Assembly: GCA_040954595.2 (NCBI GenBank)
Contig: CM082578.2
Location: 4,074,831 to 4,138,830, forward strand
Length of the DNA: 64,000 nucleotides
From: Balanoglossus misakiensis
Lineage: Eukaryota; Animalia; Hemichordata
Reading direction: 5' to 3'
The position numbers and the translations under genes are program-made. Below, piece after piece: positions 55,601 to 64,000 of this stretch. The notes below the pieces were generated by a model that made no database searches, was not told the DNA's origin, and saw only the letters and a program-made list of their open reading frames with translations. Numbering within the stretch: position 1 is the first letter of the stretch; each line of letters starts with the position of its first letter.

Positions 55601-58600
55601 CACAGTACCGGTACATGAAAAGTTGGTTGACCTGCACCTCACGTATTATGTCAATTGTCATATTCGTGATTAGCTGAGACACTCTCATATAACATAGCAA
55701 AAAAAAGTGATAGTGATATAACATGGCAAGAGTTGATAAAGCCCTGTTGATATTGCCAGCTGGGTTGTTTTGGTGTTCTGCGAATGACTTGTAACAAACT
55801 GTCATTCAATGACTTCCTCCACGATCAGTCAACTCCCGCATCTATGGCTTCAAAGCGACACACAGGCTTAACACCTGTTCAACTGGACGATATTTTACCG
55901 CAAACGGACAGTAAATACACCAAAATTGCAACCAACAGGGCAGTATCCTCAAAATTATCTGAGTTTGAAGTAAGTATATACACCTACAGTTTTTGGGAGG
56001 TCGAGACATTTTAGTTCACTGCAATGCAACGCACAACGTTCTTCTATGTTGTATGACTGTTCAAATGTTCGGTGTAATAAAATTAATAACACATGATGCT
56101 CTGGCAACATCACGATTTGAAGCCTCAGCCTGCCCTTGGGATGGTGCTCTCTGACCATAATATTGATGATGCCCGAGCCACAGAAGATCACCATCCCTCG
56201 TGCAGGCTTCAAATCATGATGTTGCCCTCGCTATCATGTGTTATTATTTAAATATGTTGCAATTGTTTTTATCAGTGTACTCAAAGGTCACAATTTGAGA
56301 CAAACAGAGCAAGGTCAACAACCTAGTCAACGTATGAAAATGACACTGATGTGGGGATGGTGATTTTCGAATACCTACACTAGGGCCTACACATTCATAA
56401 ATTTTGACACCATGTTGTGGGAAAGTTTTTAAAGCAAAATTTACGCGTGACTACAGAAACATGTTGCAAAAGGCAAGACAAATTCTGACACTTGGGAACA
56501 TTGAGATCGTACTGGTGAACTTCCTAGCCCTGCCTGCAGGTCTGTGTCAGTGCATGTGTGTTCTCGGTGTTACACCGCTGCAATGATGGGAGGCTTTAGG
56601 GCTTCCCAGCTGGCAAGACTTATTGGCTGGAAACCTAACTCCAAAAAGGTTGGATTTTCCAAATTTTCACTTTCCTCAGCAAAAAGATGATTCGTGCAAC
56701 GGATGATGTGGAACATGGTTTGCTTTACAGAAAATCACGAACAAGTAAACAGTCAGCTTCGTAGAGCAGCATTCAACACGCTAAACAACTCTCGCCGTTT
56801 GCAACACGCCATTTTTTTCCAAGTCCACGTTTTGTCGGACAAACGATTTCTGACGGTTCGACAGACAGTGGGTATAGACACGTCTGCTTGCGAAAATTCC
56901 GCCAATTTTTGTTGAATTTCTTCGTATGAAATCAAAAGGAGTTTGTCGTTTTAAATACTCGATATATTGCTCTTCATCATTAGGAAGTTTCCTTGGTTGT
57001 CAGTGCAAAACATCCTCATACAAGGTTCAGAGAGACTACAGACAATCTCACAGTGGGATTACGAACGTTTGAAACGGTAACTTTGTTGCAAAATAAACAA
57101 AGTGCGGTATTCAGTTTCATGAACTTAGACGTTTTTTCTTATCATTTGAGACGTTTATTGTAACACTCGAACACAAAGAATTTCCAAGGTATTTTGAAAA
57201 TGGTAGTATATGGTGCGCATGAAATACATGTCTGGAAGGAAGCGAAGGCAGTCCACTATTTGAATGCATTGAACGGAAAATTTGCTGGGAAGTTATGTGC
57301 ATGCGCGTGAGACAATCTATTGCCTTTAAGGACTTACTATATAAATACCAGTACCGTTTCTTATATTTACTGCACAATTAATTTCTTTAATAACACATAC
57401 CTTCTGATATGTACCGTGACCAACTAAGATGTCCAGACAGGAAGAGCAAAACACTTGGTTGCAGCATGTACGACCACATTGTAACAGTTCATCATTTTCT
57501 GAACAGACGGCACAGAAAGCCTGTAAAATACAAAAACATTTTTTTTACTGTCACATTTTTACAAAGCGTATGTATTATAAACAGAGTAAGCTATTGAAAA
57601 CCAAACCCTGCCTAAACTGGTAACCTTTCTGAACTGGACATACCACCCCCCCCCCCCACCCCCTGTACCTTAAAACCCCCTCCAAAGAGGCAACTACTAG
57701 TATGCTTATACATGGCCTGTAAATTGAAGGTTTCACAGTCCCTATGAACACTATATACTGTACAGGTATACTGAAATGTCAACTCTTGACAGAAGATCAT
57801 ACGTATGCACAGACAGACAATGACAGACAACCAACATATCTGATAAGCTCCTCACCATTGACAGCAGAGCTAAAAACATTATGCTACAACTCCATTAAAA
57901 AGATGCAGCTAACCCCAAATTTTTGTCTCAGAGTTAGACAAGTAATGTACACACAAGGTAGGCAAGATCCAGGCTTTTGCTGCCTGACCAGAGCCAGTAC
58001 TGAGCTAAAAATTGTAACATCATGGCTGCCTGGCAGTATTGGACATGTATCATGAAAACAAATGTATCATGAAATGATGTGCATTCCATCTTGAAATATT
58101 GAGTTGGGTCAAATTTGTACATGCAACAAGTTTGTACGATAATTTTCTTTCCAAATAAACTTACCCGATAACCATTAACATCATACAGGAAAGCAGTTTC
58201 CATAAAATCCACCTAAAATGAGAAAATGAACATTTTTGAGATATGTTTCTTTCAGTCATGCGGCAGGGCCAGCACTGACATTTGCAAAGAAATGGATGAA
58301 GTGGCAAAAAAATATGTATTCACAACGTGTTGCAAACAGTAAGTCACAGAAGTTGAGTTCAATTCTCCCTACCTTAAATAGGGTTTTCCTACCTAGGTGA
58401 GTGACAAAAATTCCACATGGTAAACATAATTTTGGCCAAGTTTAAGAAATGGGAGTTCATAAGCTGAAGTGATATTCGGTCATTCTGATAATTTGTAACT
58501 GAGAAAAATACAAAAATGTAAATAAAGGTGACTGGCTTTTAATAATTTGTCAATTACAAAGGCAGAAATGTTTGACCAAAGGAAGTCATAAAATACAGTA

Positions 58601-61600
58601 AACATATCATTTACATATCTCTTACTACAGTGAGTTGTCGACTTTCACCCAAAATGCAATTATTATAATGTGATTTGACCCCCGAGCACAAAGTGAAAAC
58701 CTATTTAAGGCAGCCAGAATTACTAGCTTAGCAACTACATGACGTCTACTATCTGCAACTCACGTATAGCAAGGTGTACTCTGAATATCCCAGATGTATC
58801 AAGTACTGTTTAGAGGTCAAAAAATGTTTACATTATTATACATCTAGCACCAAGAACAATAGAATTTAGCGTGCACTAAAAAAGCCGTACGGAACGGTAC
58901 GTACGGAACGCCTGTTAAATACGCCTTAAGTTTCAAGGCGCCCCAACTCACTGTGTACAGGTATGCGGACGGTTTCAAGACACCCCCACCCCAACGCACG
59001 TAAACAAAAAAGAAAGATGGCTGCTCACTGCTCAAGTCAACTGAGCGGTTTTCGATCGATTGTATCAGCATTTTGGGCCTTTTGAAAGCCAAGTAACATG
59101 CAACACAAGAACTAACGGAGATGTAAGATGTATAATAATAAGGTTATTACGAAAATACCGCAAAGTATGCACGAGGACATTAGCGCAGCGCGTCGGGCGA
59201 TACTGGGCGCTAATGTCCTCGTGCATACTTTGCGGTATTTTCGTAATAACCTCATAGTATACACTGCTTATGTAGACTCTATCAAAGACTGGCGTTAAAC
59301 AAGGTTAAAAGCGCCAAACAATGCACAAGGCCTATACCCCTTCTGCTCCAGCAAAACCATTGAAAAATTCTCATGTAAAAAAACAAAGAAACAGCTAAGG
59401 AGGAAGTTTTGAGGCAAGTCTGTACTGTCTGACTGTGAAATGTGTCTTAATATTTTAAAATTGGTGACATTGGGGCTGACTATTCCAGCAACACCAGTAG
59501 AATGATATGTGGCGGATCATTTTGGCATGTTGATTCATTGTGACACAACCTGTTTGTAGAAAAACCAGTTCTGTAATACCCGGTATGCTGAATACGGTCT
59601 GGACAACATTACGGTGGCCTTTACTCTACTACTTATCCCGCTCGTTTTGGGTCGCATTCCCATAGGAATGCAGTGATGGTGATTTCTCTCTTGTTCATAA
59701 CTTGATTAATTTGCTGCCTGCTGTCACTGATAACTAATCAGTTCTTGCCATTTGAAAATAAAACCAGTGTACCGAAGCTGATTGAAATCTGATCAGCCAT
59801 TGTTGAGATATTGTTCTAACAGACAGACAGACACACTTACACACACACACAAGGCGATAACATGTACTTGATCACGTACATGAGGTAAGAACAACTGATG
59901 TTAGAAATTTGCTGAGAACAGAGTCTGTGAGCAGACTGTTGGGAAATTGATACCACGGACGGGCCAGAGGATTTTAGCTCCAGAGAATTGTTAAAAATTA
60001 CAGTCAATTCTTTGTACAGGATACAAGAAATTTCGACAAATTGTTAAAGAATCAATGAAAACATAAACAGATAACTGATGCTGATGAAGAGGGGATGAAC
60101 AAACTCTGTCACAATCAATTGAGCCCAGTAATGGCTCTGATGGGTAATCATGCAATTGCCAGTGAAAAAGATAAGGTTTTGGTTTTGCATCTACAAGTTA
60201 GGCATGGCTGATGAAAATTACCTGTGGCTACAAAAAATTAGACTTCGGCAGTTTTCTTCAATTATCGACTAAATTCATAGCCTTGTACATGGTGATCAAC
60301 CCTTATTTTTTTATTATGGACTTTCATTGTACATACAAAGGAGAATCCAAAAATCCACAATTAAAAGAAATGACAATACTTTCATCCTTAGTTTAACCAC
60401 TGGTCAACTGTACCGGTACATAATACCTGACCTACCTTGCAATTCTCACACAGACCTCCCTCAAAGTATGGATGCTCAGTTACCACAGATTCATTTCCAC
60501 AAACCAGACAAAAATCTGTTGTAGAGAATTCAAAGAAATGCATGTACAAATGTATTTGTGCATTCATGACATTTGACACTTTAAAGTGACAAAGTCTCTC
60601 TCCCACTGCCCTTTAAGCATGAATTATGTTTGATAGACGATACCGTTTATGTTATTCTAGATGTGGCCAATATATAGTGAATCAACGTTCGACCACACAC
60701 GTACAACTTCTATCCTGTTTGTAGGATATGAGAGTAAAAACTTGCCCAAAATGAATAGATGGTAGAGACCAATTATTCATTTTGGTGATTTTTGTCACTC
60801 TCGTGTCTACAATTGGGATGGAAGTTGGTGTGTGGTCAAACGTTCATTCACTATATATCCACATGTACATTAATATAAACAGTGTTTTGTATCAAACATA
60901 ATTGATGAAAAAAGGGCTGCGAGAGAGAGACTTTGTCACTTTAATTAAAATGCTAATAATTCATGAAATGCATTTCAGTGTCAAGCGCTCAAAACAAATC
61001 TCTAATTTTGTCAATTGTGGGCCATGTTGAAAGTGTTATTTTCAAGAATACATTCACAGGGAAATGTTATGTTCAGAAATAGCTTTATATTGGTACTTTT
61101 AATAGGTCTTTTTGACATTACACATTACTTGTTATAACACACCATGCAGCGAACCCTCGATCGTGATTCGTCAATACGACGTCAGGTGACCTTAGTCATT
61201 TCGAACTGCTCCCTAGGGCATCAGTTTGGTCGGTTTGGTGTGTTATAAAACACTTGATGACTGACATATTCGGGCAACAGTGTATTTTTGATAACCTTGG
61301 GACTGCCAGTCACACGAAAACAAGACTGTTTTAGTTGTGACTAGCAGTGCCCTCGGTCATCAAAATACACTGTTGCCCTCATTGTCAGTCATCATGTGTA
61401 TATTGAAACATAAGGTACACCTCGAAGCTCATCAAAAATGCCAAGTAGGTCACATTGAAAACTGCATTAATTTTGCTTCTCATCAAAGCAAACTTGGCAT
61501 CGCGTAGCTTGCGCTTGACAGTTTTTGATTGTCAGCATGGGCGCCGCCATCTTGGTTTGCCATAACCAAAGAAAAGTGACCTAGCCATGACCCCATTTTA

Positions 61601-63731
61601 GGAATACGTGCTCCACCAAGCATTTGACACACAGCAGCGCGCTGGGCCGCAGCAAAATATACAATCTTCTCTCATTGTGTCAAAATAATGCGTAACATTA
61701 CGAGAACTAGGAAAACGATTCTTTCTCTTAATAGAAGTCGTTCCATTAAATTCTATAGAAAATAAAACAGAAGTCATATAATGGAACCACAATGAGTATA
61801 TTCTTACCCTTCATCTGTTTTTCCCCTTCTTTAACAGCATTCACATTCGCTTCTCTGCACTCTTTCTTTATGTTCACTGTGCATTGAGTATGAAACAAAA
61901 CAATTATTAAAACTGAAATAAATATTAATTTCTGAGAAACCATCATGATTTCTTGGGTACCTGAGACTATCCCCATCTAGTTAAAGGGACAACGTCTCTC
62001 TCTAGCTGCCCTTTTTTCATGCATTTTGTTTGAAACAAGACACCGTTTATGTTTTTCTACACGTGGATATATGGAGAATCAACATTCAACGACACACAAC
62101 TTCCATCCCGTTTGTAAGATATGACAGTAAAAATCCCGCCAAAATGAATAAATGGTAAACACCGATTATTAATTTTGGTGAGTTTTTCACTCTCGTGTCT
62201 ACAAGTTGGATAGATGTTGTGTGTGGTTGAATGTTGATTCACTATATATCCACATGTAGAAAAATATGTAAACGGTGTCTTGTTCCAAATATAATTAATG
62301 GAAAACGGGCAGCGAGAGAGATTGTCCCTTTAAAGTGACGTTTGTATTTAGTCAGTATGTGACTGCTTCCTTCAAGATGGATATATGGCGGGCGCCAAAT
62401 GTGGAGAAAGATTTGCTGACTATTTTTGAAACACACGACTTCCTCATCATTTTTGCCATAGGTTCATAATCTGTCTTTCACGGACTTTACTTTGTTCTGT
62501 GTTTTCTTGATAGTCTCTATCGTTTTGTGACTGTCTCTGCAACTGGTGGTGTAAATACTGTATATTTGACCTATGAACCCATTGTTTGGTAAAGTTGCAC
62601 CTCTAAAGAGGGGACTGGGGTGAAAGGGTTATTAATTAAGCTTTTCCTGCAATAAAAAAAATTGCCACTGGCCAAAAAAATGCAGAAGGAATCTTCAAGA
62701 AATTGCAGCTACCAAATCTTTGTTCAAAGGCGCTGTTCAAATTATATAGCAAATCTCATATTAAAGCCAAATTTATTTCGTATACTTAGGGCTTGCTTGA
62801 GAGAGCCAGGGGCAAGTGGTGGAAAGCCATCTAAGGCCCAGCTGACCAATATCTCATGCTGTTCCTTCAACTTTAAAGGCGGAAATTCTTGGCCAACTCG
62901 ATGTGCATCTACCTGGAATTGTGAGATAAAAGTGAAATGTGTCAAGCTGATGCAACTCTTTAGTACAAGGGGCCTTTAAAACAAATCCATGGTAAAAAGG
63001 AATTTCTTTGTTGGTTGCAATTTCACACTAGTCTACAAACTCATGCAAATTTCGCAAGTGCCGTAGCCAGATATGGATACTTTTCTTGTGTCATCAGTGA
63101 GCTTAGAAGAAAACTGGTGTGTTAAGTTACTTTATCAATCAATAATCTATCCCATTTGGGGCAATCAGCATTGCACCAATGCCATACACAACTATATATG
63201 AACTGATATGTGAATTGCTTATAATTGACAAAGACTACAAATGCAATAATCAGTGTTTACAATTTATTCATTTTGGCGAGATTTTCACTCTCATATGGGA
63301 TCCTACAAACGTGATGGAAGTTGTGTGTGGTCGAACGTTGATTTACCATATATCCACATGTAGGAATAACATAAACGGTGTCTTGTATCAAACATAGTTA
63401 CTAGAAAAAGAGCAGTGAGAGAGAGACTTTGTCCCTTTAAACTGAGTGCGACTGAGAATTTTAACATGAATCTGAATCCCAAATGTTTCATTTTTCTTAC
63501 CCAAAATCAACCCAGTGTTTTTCTGTTGTGACTGCCCGACAAACTCCATACTAAAATCAGAATGCAGTATTTCAACAAACATGTATTATGCCACAGCATA
63601 GACCAGTCTGCGTATATACTTACCACAATGGCACTGAGCACAGCACATCGGTATAAAGGCATCTTATTAAACGAACTTCTATGAAAATATTCATTGAAGT
63701 CTTTGAAGTGTTTCAAATTCTTTGTTTTGAC
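34629..63731 (-). CDS. DNMT3: DNMT3-family protein (PWWP-ADD-methyltransferase fold), predicted catalytically inactive; 5' end outside the window
   Basis: 14 GT-AG exons splice in one frame (534 aa + stop): 63731-63624, 62912-62786, 61876-61808, 60515-60436, 58212-58165, 57520-57401, 55144-54928, 53609-53464, 52384-52267, 51710-51562, 50840-50755, 41803-41728, 37843-37728, 34773-34629. The donor at 62786 is the weakest. Hallmarks: FNKMPLYR and WALDGFPP (PWWP end), FCLVCG..HPYFEGGLC (ADD), RPIRVLSLFDGI, WGPIDLLI, RPLFWLFE, RYFWGNLPGMNR, FGFPEHY, PLKEYYAC. Confidence 0.93.
34879..36101. mobile_element. Non-autonomous Mutator-like element (~90 bp TIRs, 9 bp TSD) in the last DNMT3 intron
   Basis: TIR caatctgattaaaatcagatgtagggaacggcgac... 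at both ends. TSD cttggtgtc at 34870-34878 and 36102-36110. Confidence 0.9.
38288..40606. mobile_element. 2.3 kb non-autonomous DNA transposon with ~185 bp TIRs rich in GAGAC subrepeats
   Basis: 38288-38472 is a near-perfect reverse complement of 40422-40606. No transposase ORF is visible inside. Confidence 0.88.
40724..40960 (-). pseudogene. Fragment of a hAT/ZNF862-like TTF zinc finger (transposase N-terminus)
   Basis: FQDEWLQDFKWLHF...NFRTSTLTCHADSNDHKAAV. Confidence 0.55.
41333..41654. mobile_element. TTAA-flanked MITE (family also at ~965-1107 and ~57297-57330)
   Basis: ttaaaggcaatagatcgtctcacgcgcatg...catgcgtgtgagacgagctaggcgctttaa. The right half matches 965-1107. Confidence 0.7.
42886..50678. 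repeat. Intronic minisatellite, 40 bp unit (two diverged 20-mers, GAAATGGAATG core), ~7.8 kb
   Basis: The unit CTGAGAAATGGAATGTTGCGTTGTGAAATGGAATGTTGAA repeats throughout, between DNMT3 exons 50755-50840 and 41728-41803. Confidence 0.98.
51198..51376. mobile_element. Tc1/pogo-type MITE (TA TSD, CAGTC termini)
   Basis: TA-cagtcaaacctgt...acaggtttgactg-TA with internal gaccacct repeats. Confidence 0.8.
52696..53049. mobile_element. TTAA hairpin MITE, copy 2
   Basis: Same TIRs as 33778-34125. Confidence 0.85.
53716..54046. mobile_element. TTAA hairpin MITE, copy 3
   Basis: Same family, diverged TIRs. Confidence 0.8.
54495..54662. repeat. Imperfect hairpin element
   Basis: cgccctgacca..aaagccaaaaattcat / atgaattttggctttc..tggtcagggcg. 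Confidence 0.55.
58372..58710. mobile_element. MITE with CCTTAAATAGG TIRs, copy 2
   Basis: Inverted copy of 31589-31930. Confidence 0.75.
59141..59252. repeat. Near-perfect palindrome (~46 bp arms), probable MITE
   Basis: aggttattacgaaaataccgcaaagtatgcacgaggacattagcgc ... gcgctaatgtcctcgtgcatactttgcggtattttcgtaataacct. Confidence 0.8.
60581..60944. mobile_element. TTAA hairpin MITE, copy 4
   Basis: ttaaagtgacaaagtctctctc...gagagagactttgtcactttaa. Confidence 0.85.
61250..61400. repeat. Hairpin element
   Basis: gatgactgaca..gggcaacagtgtatttt / aaaatacactgttgccc..tgtcagtcatc. Confidence 0.6.
61981..62333. mobile_element. TTAA hairpin MITE, copy 5
   Basis: Same TIRs and TTAA flanks as copy 1. 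Confidence 0.85.
63248..63440. mobile_element. TTAA hairpin MITE, copy 6 (right half only)
   Basis: Ends gagagagactttgtccctttaa. The left arm is absent. Confidence 0.75.
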
Positions 63732-64000
63732 CTGTATTAAAAGAAGTAACATGTTTTGTCAACCCACCATTCAGACTACATTCAGCAAATAAAAGACAAG
63801 TTTCCGTTTGCGCTGGCAAAAAGAATACGGTGTCAATGATCTCATAGATATATGAGGTGTGTGGGTATCACTGGTTTTTAAAAGAAAAATAACTGTACTA
63901 ACTTTACTCATAGCAAAGGTGAGTCAATTTGAAAATCTTAATTTTGACAATAACATGGAGTGCAGTTTACAGACGTCAATGGAGGGTAGTATATTGAAGT

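Noticed and set aside
61960-62646. Possible extra DNMT3 exon between PWWP and ADD (good acceptor at 62646)
   Set aside because: Stops in all frames and a MITE insertion. Direct splicing from 62786 to 61876 keeps the frame, so this is at most a decayed exon.
34629-63731. Calling the DNMT3-like gene a plain pseudogene
   Set aside because: No stops or frameshifts in 14 exons and the splice sites are intact. Changes concentrate at catalytic and DNA-binding residues.

Overview
Repeat-rich eukaryotic (animal, probably marine invertebrate; inferred) genomic DNA with spliced genes. All exon chains below were translated by hand. (1) The 3' part of a + strand C-type lectin/GAIN (PKD1L/REJ-like) gene at 5906-9958 has an intact reading frame that stops 10 residues after the GPS cleavage site, with no transmembrane region. 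(2) A young, internally deleted Gypsy-type LTR element at 11245-16060 has no RT or integrase but carries a C2H2-like zinc finger and a TatD DNase-like domain. (3) Three tandem 4-exon paralogs at 24-31 kb encode ~187 aa secreted cysteine-rich proteins of a family I do not recognise. (4) A - strand DNMT3-family gene (PWWP-ADD-MTase, 14 exons in the window, 34629-63731) has an intact frame and splice sites but lacks the catalytic Pro-Cys, the ENV motif and the RD-interface arginines, so it is a candidate DNMT3L-like pseudoenzyme. One of its introns holds a 7.8 kb 40-bp GGAAT minisatellite with higher-order structure. The rest is BEL/Pao, L2/CR1-like and Tx1-like remnants and many MITE/foldback elements.
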